Positions 1 to 16,300 of a DNA stretch of 64,000 nt are shown here, piece by piece. The position numbers were made by a program, and so were the translations under genes. Under the pieces are notes generated by a model, which ran no database searches, was not told the origin of the DNA, and saw only the letters and a program-made list of their open reading frames with translations. The stretch comes from Phoronis australis (Eukaryota; Animalia; Phoronida). How positions within the stretch are numbered: the stretch's first letter is position 1; every line of letters starts with the position of its first letter. The stretch is taken from NCBI GenBank assembly GCA_002633005.1, contig NMRA01000566.1, positions 165,633-229,632 of the forward strand, read 5' to 3'.

Positions 1-691
1 ACTGTCTCTCATGTGTAAGCTTAGTTATGCTTAGCCCTTCATCTTAAGTGTCCCATTTCAGACGGGACCCCCTCTCAGTGGGGGGTTCGGTATCCCTCTA
101 TACATGTAAATCCGACACTGCCAAGTATTCAAGAGGGGAGGTTGAGATTCCAAATTCATCAAAAACCCAAAAACAACCGTGCACAGCACAGCAATGCCAA
201 AACAATCAAAAATGTGAAAAATACAATAGGGTTGACCACCATCAAAGGAATTTTGAAGAACTTGAAGATCACTATTTGTGAATTACACAACTTGAAAAGG
301 CTACTTCCGATGGTTAGTTATAAATAATATATTTTTCCAATAGTATCACAAGAATAGTATTTTTGAAGGTCGTTACTACATGTAGGAATTGTTTGTAATG
401 AATTCACAGGTGTCGTCGTGAAAAGACTAGGAGCTACGATTTGTGATGACCGTGTACATGTCGAACAAGGGTACTCAAAATACTCGCAATAATAAACAAA
501 TATTTCAGCGTTTTTTTTTCTTGGAGTTCAAGTTAAACTCGCAAACTGTTATAGGTACCTAGATAAAAAGCAAAAATACACCTTAATATGAATTGCCCTT
601 CTTCCATGTTCCCCGGGTTACCCGTCAAAAATCTGCGATCATGTCTGCGGACATTGCTTATAACATTCCGTTTCGATAAACAAATTCTTTG

Positions 692-1325
692 GTTTCTGAT
701 TAACATGTCTGCGTATCTACGAAAACCGACAGATTAGTAAATGATTTTTTGGCAATTATAAGCTAATATTTTTAAAACTGACGATGTTTCAGTGAATTTA
801 GTTGAAGCCTGATTATGGAAAAAACCTCTATAATCAGTAAAGTACATTTGGACGCTTCTTGCCTATCTAAAATAACTCTCCAAGACATTGATGAAAAATG
901 GAAATTCACAAAAATTTACTCGGAAACTCAAATGACAATAAATGGCATTTATTTTTGACTTCGGTACAAGAGGACTTAAGTCACAAAATCAAGGTAAACG
1001 TACATGTATTGCTCATGGATTCGATTGTTGTTTTCTGAATTACACGTTTATGTATCTACGAAAATGAGCTGACTGACTGATGATTTTTTAACAATTAGAA
1101 GCTAATCTTGTAAGAAATGGCAGTGTTTCAACAAGCTTAGTGGCAAGCAGACATTGGGAAAATTCGATCTACCATCAGATCCTCATATACAGTGTGAAAA
1201 GTACACTAAACGGTTTGATTTGTCTATCTGAAAGAAATCTCAAAGATATTGATGAATGTCGGACAGCTGTACAAATTGTCCTAAAATTTTCTCACAATTC
1301 AAATGTCAAAAATTGTTTATTGACT
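692..1325. repeat. Old diverged tandem duplication (~340-bp period)
   Basis: 692-960 and 1031-1325 share collinear blocks (gtatctacgaaaa, tgatttttt..caatta.aagctaat, aaagtaca, ctatct.aaa.aa.tctc.aaga.attgatgaa) with many substitutions. Confidence 0.6.
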
Positions 1326-1429
1326 TAGGAAATATGTTAGTGGGTTTAATTTCACAAACCCTAGATCGCAAAAAATTAAGTACTTAAGTAAATAAAATTA
1401 CCGGTAATCTTATTGCTCATCAGCTGGGA

Positions 1430-1620
1430 AAGGTTCATTTTGCACTTCTTTGATGATGTTAGTTTCCAATAGCATTGTGCAATGAATTTTCTTCAAAACT
1501 AAATCATTTGCTTGCCATTCCTGTGCATAATACTCACACGGAGCACGTCATGACTGACGCATCCAGGATATGAAATGTGAACATTTTTGGGACTCACTCG
1601 GTATCATTTCCCCCAGCTAC
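1430..1620 (+). mobile_element. Possible degenerate hAT transposase C-terminal (dimerisation domain) fragment
   Basis: Frame reading LLAIPVHNTHTEHVM resembles the hAT LxIPxSNAxxERxFS motif; flanked by stops. Confidence 0.25.
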
Positions 1621-2873
1621 AAGAAAGTGGACTATGGACTGTGTTTTACCAAGTGATTTTGAAACGGCCACAAAGGCACTCATACCATGTACCTCGGGAC
1701 ATCACCTTTCCAAAAAATTCCTTCAAAGAATGGCCATGATAAAATGAAGTTTTCTCGGAACTTGATCAGAATAAAACGAATCTTGACCTTAGAGCGAGCG
1801 CAGAGGAATAGGTACGAGCTATGCTGCCTGTCTCAAGTGAATATCTGAGCTGACCTGCAACTAGTTCTAGTTTATCGAATCCACTGTTGGAACCCAACTA
1901 CCCATCAGTGCGCTGGCCCTAGACCCATTCTTACTCTCCGTGAAACTTTGTTGGTTCATGGTCATTCAAATCCTGATGGCTGCATCTCAGGTATTACCCA
2001 CCAGCCCCCTTATGGCTGACATGGGGGTCGGGTACAAATATGATGACATCCAGAGAACGGGGGTGGGGGTGGCGATAGGAAGGAGGTAAGTTGGCGAGGT
2101 CGAATTGGTTTGTGCCCTTCCCCCAATAATTTTTACCTTCCTACGGGCCTGCAATAATTGAGAAACAAGAATTGTTGTGTGGCGACGGTTACTGCCCCAA
2201 CTGCTACTTTGGACTCAGGGTCGTTAAGAGTATTATCAGCTGAATACCTTAAAGGGACGAATGAAAACGATCATGGAATCGGGAAAATGTGTATTATGCG
2301 AAGATGTAAGTCCTGCTACGAAGTACATGCAATCTTTATGTCACTTTGGTCAGAAATAACGCGTAACACAACTGACATCCAGCAAGCATAGAAACTCTTG
2401 CCTAAGTTTTTCTATTTAAGAAAACGCTTTCATTTGCTTTCATCGGCTTAAAACACAAGAAAAGTTTTCGTCAATTGACAGAAAGCTCTAAAATACAAAC
2501 ATTTCATTAAAAATACATGCATTGCCTTGTTTGCGAACTTCAAGGATTCGAGAAGTAGTGCTGCTGACTTCATACTTTGATTGCACTGACTTGCATATAT
2601 TTTCATGTTTGCAAGCAGCTTCTTACACCTGTAGAAAATAAAGTTCGGTCCAACCGTTTCAGCTGACTGAAGTAGGTTAAAATCATATTGAACCAATAAC
2701 ATAATGCGGGAATAATTTTTGACTAACTTGGTTCGTACTAAAATTCGTTTTGTGATAATTGTGAATATTTAAGTGGAATCATTGAAAAGAACTAGTTTTC
2801 AATACTAATTTTTCTGCTGAACTGTTGTGGGAACACTAACCAAGACAAGCTAGGCATGAGCTGTCAGTGCTGT

Positions 2874-5764
<2,891 letters not shown>

Positions 5765-5877
5765 CTGCAGAGATACAAATTCAGTTTCACTCCAAAGCTC
5801 GATTCCAATTTTACAAATTATAGACGTTGACGTACATAAAATTAAGGCATGCAGTATAGCGGTACTTCGTTTGCTCT

Positions 5878-6736
5878 TTTTCTCATCACTTGGCATTGTT
5901 AGTCCTATGTGTTCACGACCGTCCGTCACATGCAAAGTGAAGGTACGTTACAATGTCGATGACGCGATATCTCAAGAAGGAAGCTTTATATTTTTTATAT
6001 TTTCTACGAAGGGGAAACTCCATGTATCGGTCGATTTGGTGCCCATGGTCTCGATTCCAATGTCACAGAAATCAATTTTAACTGAGTTGGGAAAATCTAT
6101 GTGTTTCTTCGAGAAGGGGTCCCTAAACCTTGGTTGCACAGTGTATTGGTTATACAGTGATATTTGGTACAAACTCTGATAGCTGGGCAGATAGTGGAAA
6201 AATCATGCATTTGATGATACAAGCACCAAAATTGGCATGGTGACATCCTAAGGTATACTCAACAGATCTACCCGACTAGCCACCATGTGAGTGTGGCAAC
6301 TCCAAGCGCCAGTCGATACTGATGAACTTGACATCATGTCAAGGTCATCGCTAGAAAATCAAGTTCCAAGAAAATATCTCAGGAAGGTAGCTTTATATCA
6401 TTTTCACATTTTGTACCCAAGTGTACATGTACGTGTAGATGTACTTGCAAGTGAAGTAACTACAGACAACAGTCGACTCTTGTGACCTTGGCATTACTTT
6501 AAAGGTCACAGCGACAAAATCAAGTTCCAAGAAAATATCTCAGGAAGGTAGGTTTATATCATATTCACATTTTGTACCCAAGTGTGCATGTAGATGTACA
6601 TGTACTTGCAAGTGAAGTAACTACAGACAACAGTCGATTCTTGTGACCTTGGCATTACTTTAAAGGTCACATCGAGAAAATCAACTTTTGGCTTGAGGAA
6701 AGTGATGGCGTAATATTTCAACTGAGCAGCTAAAGT
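5878..6736 (+). mobile_element. Non-autonomous Helentron/HINE-like element with internal 161-bp tandem repeat
   Basis: T-rich flanks, subterminal inverted motif catcactt (5884) / aagtgatg (6701), ccgtccgtc microsatellite seed, tgacct/aggtca motifs, internal tandem array. Confidence 0.5.
6355..6684. repeat. Tandem repeat, 161-bp unit x2 plus partial
   Basis: Units start at 6355, 6516 and 6677 (aaaatcaagttccaagaaaatatctcaggaagg...). Confidence 0.95.
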
Positions 6737-8690
6737 TTTTTTTCATGTAATAAAATGTACAGGCGCTAATCGATATCGGTGAACATAACTTCGGGGATTG
6801 TCGTAGCAAGAGAATTAATGGGACGAAAATGCGTTCATGGGATTATTGGTAAATGGTACTACACAATTTGAAGTTATTAGCTTTGACCAGAACTACAAAA
6901 CAACGAAATCCGTTGAATTTTTGTGATTTCATTAGAAACCGCAAATTCTCACAATAGGTCCGTCTTCCATTCACCGAAACCAAGACCGGTGTCTCTGCCG
7001 TTCATATACCCTTAAACTATCTTACTTTTAAAACTCCTGGGATTTGACCTAGCAGCGCTAATATTGCTAATTTCTGTAAAATTAATTTTCGCGCCAAAAA
7101 TGTCCCTTTAAGTACATGTATGGTGCGAAATTTTGATCACATTTTTAAACGTTTTGCCCACTCTCAGGCATGAATGCAAATTTACAAACACACCCCATAC
7201 TTAAAGCGAGGTCTTATGAAACTCGTCTTCACCCTCGAGCATTACAAAACAATCAAGTGATAAGTACACTGTAGTAACTTGCAAAGAATCACCCATACCC
7301 CTTCACTGCATCAAACATAGTTAATCCCACGACGCACAAAATCAACGCACGCACGGCCATGATCGACTGGTCTTCTTTTCTTTGCCTGACAGATGCGCTG
7401 CCCTGGACAAAGTCCTTACCACTTATCTTTGGGCTTTAGGTATTTTGATGGCTCATAGTTGTAATCTAATCTGGCAAAGGAAAATGCAAATAACTAACAG
7501 GTATTTAAGGTACAATCTATGAAAGTCTAGGACCCAAGAAATATTGAGGAGCTCCGGTAGTCACACATTTTCTATCCACCCCTGTCATGCAATTAAATTG
7601 GTTTCTTAGTCAAAATATGTGTGATTTGTGTGTTTTGAAAGAACAGTTTGTTATTGCTTGAGACCAGACTCTCCAAGTTGCATATTCACGGTCTGCTGTC
7701 ATTTTATTCGCCGAGCACGTTTTCGAGATTATAACGAGCTATCAGTTCTTTGCAAGATTAAAGACTATAGTAAATAACAAGAAGGGGGGGGGGGCAAATT
7801 TACATTGGTAAGTGGTCTACTAAACGAGAGTTTATTACACCTAAATTGGGCACTACTGAGTAGCCTCAAGGCACCACTAATAGAGAACATTAGATTGCAC
7901 AGGACTTTTGACTCCATGGGAACGTCGAGACGGGAGAACATTGAGCATGGAAACAACAATGGCCTATCTGGAGCAGGCTAACATCAATGAAAGAGTTAAT
8001 ACAGGCACGGGGAAATGGACTCGAAAAGAGGATACGAAATCGAACGGAAAATTATCCGTCCCATCTGTTTTCAAACTACAGAAATTTTTCGTTGGATTTA
8101 GAATCAATATTTGGTGAAATCCATATAAGCCTTAGAAGTCTGTAAAGGTCAGTATGGAGGTGCAGAAAGCATCCAATCTAAGAAGTGTTCCTGAATGGAA
8201 GATTCTTTGTACGTTGACTATAAGAGCATGGGTATGGTGATGATGATGGTGACATGAACTGCAAAGATCTTCAGGAAAAATATTTTTAAAAAATTACCCC
8301 CAGGGTTGGCAAGAGACATTTACATACTGCATGTTGCCAACTCTATTACATGTACATGCATGTAACAGAAACATGTTGGTTTGCTCGCCCTACTTTTATA
8401 GAATGTCTTGGGTCACTGAAATCAGAGAATGGCGAAAAACAGTCTGATCCTCATGTGATTACTGATTTCCAACCACGTAAAAAGCAAGAAATTACACATG
8501 TGATCAGATGAATTCACTGCTTGAAAATGTAGTTACACGGCTTTTCCACAGAATCTTATGGGGGAAGCAATATTGAAATAGTTCTGCACCTTTTCAATTT
8601 CTAATTTCATGTTAGGCCCCTATGAGGGCATAAAAATCTCTGTTTTTGAACAAGCGCAGTAGAGATGATCCTTTCCGCCTTGCTCCAGTT

Positions 8691-8866
8691 TCGCGTTTAG
8701 ACTTATACATGTAATTGACACGGCGCAAAATGTACGGGCGCAAATTGCTCTACCTCACAAACGGGTGGCAACAATTTGTCACCGCGGTGTCAATTTGCTC
8801 CGTGTCAGTCCATTTACACTCTGGAACAAATTGTTCTGTGTCAACTTTGTAAGTGTAAACGGCACT
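8691..8866. mobile_element. Degenerate PIF/Harbinger-type MITE
   Basis: Ends gcgtttagactta / taagtgtaaacggcact followed by tta; internal inverted gacacgg/ccgtgtc and caaattg motifs. Confidence 0.45.
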
Positions 8867-9920
8867 TTAGCTCAGTGTTGACTCGCTTTTGTGGTCAAAG
8901 AGCATAATTATTACAAGCATATCTGAGAACCGCCGGCGAAGAGATAGGAATATGGGTTAGAATTATTCAATGACGTTGTATATAAGCAGTCTTTTGTCAA
9001 ACATCACCAACTTATTCATGTCTTTCTGGACTATGTAACCACATAACGACAGCATTAAAGACCCAGCCTGTCCGCAACCGGGCCATGGAGGTCGGGGACT
9101 GGGGACAGGGGGCAAGCACAAATTGTTGGCGAGATTGACTGAAATGAGTGGCAACCTGGGGACACTTTACAATGAGCAGGGGTGGCTAAACGCAAATTTT
9201 ATATGGGTATAGAGCAACAGAAAGTTTTTCTGCAATAGACAGTGCGTCATGGACCCCGGTGTTGTGATATACATGGCTATAACAGTAGCCGGGAGTTTGT
9301 TTCATGCAAACTGACTAATGACTTTAGTCAGAAACTTGCTATGACGCTCTAAAAATAATTAATACTCANGCATGATGAAATTTTTGTCTTAAAGTGGAAC
9401 TTATCTCTATGATTGCTTTGCCAAATTAGTTAGAATCTCAACATATAGCGTCAATGTGAATATGAAGTACGTTGAAAATTGATAAATGTTTTTAAGAACG
9501 AGTTTTGTTTCAAAAATTATTCAGGCCAACATAGAGAAAAATAAAATGCGCTTTCGCGATCGTTTGTTTGCTTTCACAATCTCCATAGAGAATTATAAAA
9601 TTGGGAATACCACTGCATGATGCGGGTTATGTGAGCCCCAAGATCCGCCATTAGTGCAAAGGGCACCTATATTTGCAGATTTTTATGCTTTGACATTTAC
9701 AAGTTGTCAATGAATATACTGTACAGCTGCACTTTGCCTAGCGTAGATGATCAAATAATATTGTCGTTTAGTTGCTGCTATACATAAGTATTCATGCAGT
9801 TGTAGGAACATGCAAATACATTAACTCTTTTTTAAGTTTTTAAGCCAGTTTTTATGAATCAGAGCCTGGGTTTCAGGTTCAGTGAGCAAAACATTTGAAA
9901 AAATGAACGTACAAATGGAT

Positions 9921-9926
9921 TTTATT
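9921..9926 (-). terminator. Polyadenylation signal AATAAA of the VWDE-like gene
   Basis: tttatt on the plus strand, ~225 nt past the stop codon at 10151. Confidence 0.55.
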
Positions 9927-10150
9927 TGGTATTTAGAGTTAACACACAGCGTATTGTAACTAACAAAAATTCAAAAACAATCAGTAGATAAACGTTGACA
10001 ATAGTCATCCAGACGTCATTCCGTGGTCTCAGTCTGTCGTATCCCCAACAGAAACATTATAAAACACACACTGCAGTTTTTTATCAAGTGCTTACTTCAA
10101 TATTTGAACACTAGGCAAATGGGATACATTGGAAAAGCACCCGCGCATGC

Positions 10151-10365
10151 TTAGTTCAGGGGAGGGCCGAATATTTCCGGTTTTTTGCCGCAGAGGTCAG
10201 GGCGGCCACACTGGACGCATTGATTCTTGTGTTTGGCAACGCAGTTGCAACCGAGGTTTTGGCAGCAGGCACAGCTCATGTCGGCCCCTGTAGGGTCCCT
10301 TGGGCAAGGGCAACCGGTGAATAAGAAGGTCCAACCGTCCACGCCATTATCACCAGTCGGCTGGG
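10151..10365 (-). CDS. VWDE-like exon 24 (10-Cys repeat 2, stop)
   Basis: DGWTFLFTGCPCPRDPTGADMSCACCQNLGCNCVAKHKNQCVQCGRPDLCGKKPEIFGPPLN stop. Confidence 0.88.
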
Positions 10366-13300
10366 CTGAAATAACGAATTGATTTCATTATTCGAAATTA
10401 TAAACGAGGTTCTGAGCAGACACACTACAATACAGCGCCCTACAAAGTTACACGTACATGTGTAATCAGACGGGGTTTGTCGCAGCGTACACTGTACCCG
10501 GAAAACTTGCTGGCAGGTAGTTTTGCGGCCTCAAATCTTGAGACTCCATAATACACGAAGTATTCCACAGTACACCATGACACTAGTTGTAGCACAGACC
10601 CAGCCAGAAGCTGTAAGCGGGAGACGTACTGGTCTTTTTGCCAAAAGTCAATGTCTTGCAAAACCCCGCTAAATCACCCGAGTCTGACTGGCCTATTATA
10701 GCAAAATGACCGCCAATAAAGCACGATGATTGGGCGGCAAAGCTGGAGTGCTGCGCTTAATTCATCGTTTCTGTTCCACAAGTGAAGATTTTTCTTGATC
10801 AATTGCAATCTAATGTATTTTGATCTAATTCAAGCCAGCATTCGTTGGGCACTTGGTCGTCATTCATTTGACTGAGTATCGGTTGTTTTCTGACTTACGC
10901 GAGCCACACTTGTGTGTTTCACCACATTTCACACACTGTTGCTTGTTTTCGAAAGGACACTGACATCCGCCCTGGTCGCAGCAAGCACAGTCCGTACGAG
11001 AAGAGTCAAAGTAGCAGACGCAGCCAGTCTTGTTTCTGAAATTAACTGTCGATTATACTACAAGACTAGGTTTTTTTGAATAAATACTTAAGTGGGTTTG
11101 AAATGTAATTAGTTTTTTTTTTCTTCATCCTAAAATATCATATTCCTATGTTGTCATCGATTTATGTTCTCTTCACATACTGGACACTAAGAGTTGAACA
11201 GTCGCTGTTAAAACACTTTTTGTTAACAAATGTTTTTCAATCAATTTGACTTGGGCCCACTGAGTGACGTCACAATTGTCGTAGAAGGTGATGAAGAGCT
11301 ATCATGCACTTGTGCTTATTATTCAAGCAATGCAGTAAAAAAGTCTGAATTCTTGATCATATACAACAACCCCTGTGCCGGTAGTTATCCAAATCAGTCA
11401 TCAATTTAAAAAACTTTTAACCCAGTTGACTAATAAGTTGAGAGCTCACTGCCAGCGTAACCAACATAAGTTGCTACCATAAAACAACGACCAATAGGTT
11501 AAACCAGTTGCGACCGGTAAAGCACAATGAGGCGCGTTTATAAAGCCGTCGCGTTGTACACCAAGAATTCTATGGACAGTGTACCAAACTGCCTTTTTAA
11601 ACGCTTACTTCGTCCAGATATCCCATCGATGTTGAATTTTCCCTCCCTTTGGTGCCCACCACGGCGGAAGTGTAGATGGCGCTCGGGTGGTGGTGGTGGG
11701 AGCTGGCGAGGTAGTTGTGGTAGTGGAAGCTGTTGTGGTCGGAACTGAACACGAATAAACAAAAATGCGTTGTGATTGGTTGAAAGAGCAATAGTACTGC
11801 AAATAAGTTCTAAGTCCGATTTCCGGATCAAAATTGAGACATCCCAGGCTTTCATTAACAGTAACTAGTATTACTTATATAATCTAGTGTCGATACGCAT
11901 TTAATGTTGAATGCTTTGCATTAATTTTAGAATGTGTCCAAGATTTTCAAATTTTGGGTAACTAAGTTGTCATCTGGCTCTTTATGGCCATCACTAAATC
12001 ACAACGATGAGGATGGCTGATTTCATAAAAATTCATTTAAATCGACGAAGGTCTTAGAATCCTCAACACTTTGTAATTTGGGTCACGCACTGTTTCCGTG
12101 TGTGATGCACAAATGCATATATTTATCCCGATATCCAATGCAGCTTATGTGTCCATATAGTGCATGTCTGTATGATAATTGGTGCGTTAACAAGGAAAAT
12201 CGGTTTATGCACATTTCAAACCACAATTCAGCAAGTTAGAATTCACAGGTCCACAATTAACCATCAATATATGGATATAAAAATAAAAAGAAAAGCCTTA
12301 CCGTGTGTCCACTCTTTGATGCTCTTGTTAGGATCACAGATCTTATAGTTGTTTCCAACAGCACTGTCGCCATTCTTGTAGCAGCGACCATCAATCAAAC
12401 AGGTGTTGTTCTAAACATATTGAATTAAGAAACGATCTGAATTGGAAATCATGTCAAAGGTTAACTTCTTGGCAATGGGCCCACTATGTGTAGGACAATA
12501 AATATTAGATCTATAAACGTATTTTCAGATAGTAGAAAGCTTGTAGAATATGTATCGAGATTCTTAACAATGTGACATTATTGGGGTGACATGACAATGA
12601 AAATTGGCGAAAAAAAGAACGTTGCATCAATATCAAAACGACGGTATCAATACCATGATTACGAAACTTCATTTGATATACTCGTAAATGTTCAACATCA
12701 AATGTCAATAAAGCTGTTACAGTTTTATAAATTATCACTTTGCTTGCCTTGCGTTTTATGCTTTTTTACGAAAAACACGAAAATTTATTTTCTTAGCCCT
12801 TTATGCAAAAGTAGGATATTGAAAAATAATTCCGTGACTTGTTTGTTTCCAATAGTTTCATATGAATTTGACCAGAAAAGTGGAAAATTTGACCGTTCTT
12901 CTAGAGTCCTGCGTTGAGAACCTTAATTGAGTTTAGCTATCTGTGGAGTATTGTTGCGGCTTCTTATCTGTGTAAAGGCCCTGTCACACCTTGACGATTT
13001 AGCCAGCGTATGCCGACGTATGAAAAATTTGGCAAATACGCTGGCGTACGTCGAATAAGTTATGGGTAAGTTTTGTATACGTTAACAGCACGCTGAAGCA
13101 CGTTGGTATACGTCGAAGTACGTCGAGGTCGTCGAAAAATTTTGTGCATGCTCAAAATTTCTCAACGTATGTCAGCGTATGGCTATACGTCCCGTATACG
13201 CAGGCCATAAGTAATAGGTAAGTTATGCGATCGTTGACACACGTTCAAACACGTTAAGTGTAGGTTACTCATAAGTCCAAATACGTCGAGATAATGTCTA

Positions 13301-16300
13301 GCGTACCCAAAACTTATGAGTAACGTGCTTTGAACGTATGTATAACTTATATCGAACTTATCTCCTACGCATATTGACGTATGTAGACGTATTTAACATG
13401 TTCCGGACGACCACAGAACTTACTGAACGTGTTTCTAACGTACAGCTGCCGTATAATGGCGTATTGGTAGCGTTTAGGGGAATTGGGATATAAAAATGGG
13501 GTTCACAGGAGGAACCCGTCAGTACTCCTCTAGATTTCATGGTGAGCAGATGTTCATATCATCCGAGAGATGGAGGATCCGGCAAGGCTGAGACGAGAAT
13601 ACCTACTAGCTGTTCTCCAACATCAAAATGACCTCATCGATTTGACACTTTACCAGTTGCGTGCCAATAAAGCCAGGAGAAGAAGAGGTGAACGGAGGAG
13701 AAAGAACTGGGTGAGACCATGGATCAGGAGGCGACGTCAGTTTGGCATATATGACCAGCTTATGGTGGAACTCCGTAAGGAGGACCATACATCCTTCACT
13801 AATTTCCTGCGTATGCCCCCAGCGATGTTCGACGAGCTGCTAGCCAGAGTGGGTCCAAGGATAATCAAGCAGCACACCTTCTTCAGGGATCCGCTTGAGC
13901 CGGGCATGAAGCTGGACTTGACATTGCGTCACCTTGCCTCTGGGAACAAGTATGCCTCGATGAAGTTNNNNNNNNNNNNNNNNNNNNNNNNNNNNNNNNN
14001 NNNNNNNNNNNNNNNNNNNNNNNNNNNNNNNNNNNNNAAGTTGTGTACGCCGGCAACACGCTAGGCATTCGTTGGAATAAGTTATCTATAAGTTATCGAA
14101 ACGTTCTATATAATTTACTGATACGTTATGTATACGTCCAACTCGTTATGAATACGCTATGTATACGCCCAAAATTGAAAAAAAAATCGATAATTCAGCG
14201 TATGCCAGCGTTTTAGGGAAATTCTGATATGTCGGCGTACGCTGGCTAAATCGTCAAGGTGTGACAGGGCCATAAGTAATATGTTGCGTCGTATCTCTCC
14301 ATCAGAAGAATACGCACATATCACATACAAACTGTATTATAAACTCATTGCTTGAACATAAACCTTTATGGCTTAGAATTAACCTGAGAAAGAAGCGTAT
14401 CCGTCAGTCATATCTTGTTTTGAAGTGTGTAATCCATCCAAAACAACCAATCCAGAATTGTAATGATATAGGTCTAGAGCATGGGCGGTGCACCACAGGG
14501 GCTGGGGTGGCACTTTTTCAGTGGTGCACCGCCCATTTAGAAGCATTTCTTCAGTACAGGTCAACTGAAATCTGCACAAACCTTTTGTTTGCATTCTCCT
14601 CTGGAACAGTCTTGACACAGCCCGTCATATGCTGTGAACATGGATTCCTCACTCCATATGTTGCCGTCGTTACTGACAGAGATCATAACACCTGATGCTG
14701 GTTTACCTAGTGACAACAGGTGGACAAGACACTGAAGATGCTCGACCTCTCCCCCATTGGGCCAAAAGGTGTGCAAAATGACATACGTGTACGTGTGTAC
14801 TGACAATGATGCTGAATTCAGTAGGTGCGTATACCATTCTCCATTCAGTTTGGGATTATGAAAATCGAGCAGGAGCAACAGAGGAGCACGTCACCAGTAA
14901 TTTGAACTTAACTAGCTCTTAATTCAAGCGACGCAGATGATTTCGTTTTAATGATGAAAGTACATGTACGTATTACGGTTGTACAATGACTGCTAGTAAG
15001 ACGTCCGTGTTTTTTCGTAATTGTTTTGAAAATGTTCAGCGTTCCCCTTCCCTCTTAATGTTAGAAACAAAATAAGTTAATGAGTATAAATTAGTGGACT
15101 TTAACTACTTTTATCCAAATCGAGTACACCTGAACTTGATCGTTTCATAAATAGTACGAATACTAACCACGACCAGCTCGTGGGACAGGCAGGCTGCACG
15201 CTACCTCTCTGAAACTTTCGAATTCTGCTGCTACCAGCCGGTACCTGGAGGTGGGATGCACAGCAGCAAAAGGTCGTCCGTCGACAACCTATAATGAAAA
15301 TTTGTTGTCAATGGGCATCTGGTAAGTACTAAGGAAATTGTACCATATTTTGGAGAGATCACTCAAAAATGGGACTGTCATGTGCGAGTGCGCGTTCAGT
15401 AACTACCTTGAGAAACAAATACTTTGGTACATTGAACGAAAGAAAACATTCTCATCCATGCTCACATAGTCATGCATTGAAAAATCTTCAAAAATGTTCT
15501 AATTTTAATCCCTTCTACTTACTGTTTTAAATAAATGAAAATTTCGAACTCGTCTCCTTTAGATCACACAGTCCACAATTGACGACGTAAGCTTGCATGC
15601 ATGTGCGAGTAACTTGTTAGTTAATTCCTAACTTAGAACGTTCGGGTTCTGAGATAGAACACATTGGAGAACCGTCGACGATTCCTACTACATGTATGTC
15701 AAGCTGCGCCCTTTAAGTATCAAAGACCCTACAGTGGCGGCAGGTACACTAGTCATAACAAACATTAAGTTAATGCTTTTTTATTTTACAAACCTCAACA
15801 TTGCGAATGCGACACGTCAGTTTCGTAGAGTCCATCAAGTTGTCAGCTGAAAGGAAGGCTGTTTGGCAAGGCCTTTTCCTTATGTCACAATATCCGCCCC
15901 TGTAATATATAGTGAGTACAATTGTCATCCTGGTACCAAATCCATATAAGTGTACGAGTGGTTCTTTGTGCAGCAGTTTTGCTACAGAAGTGTGTGATGG
16001 ATCATGGTCTGTGTACTGGTAAACTGCAGGCACCAAGCTTGTTTATTCCAACGGCTATAAATGGCAATACATCACATTTTCTTGGTCACTAACATTATCT
16101 GTCATTTTTAATTCTGAAGAGCATCTGCACCAGCACGGTGAAATCGTGGTCAACACCGTCATATTTACAATTTGACAAACAATCGTTGACGAAGATCCAA
16201 GTGAAATGAAAAAAACTAATGATCAGTCTAGGCACAGAACGTAGAAAACGTAATGGAAACCAGGAGAGGTATGAAATGCTTCAATTCAAAAATTTTCAGA

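Noticed and set aside
7770-8200. Possible LINE 3' fragment
   Set aside because: It is too degenerate; no diagnostic RT or endonuclease motif could be read
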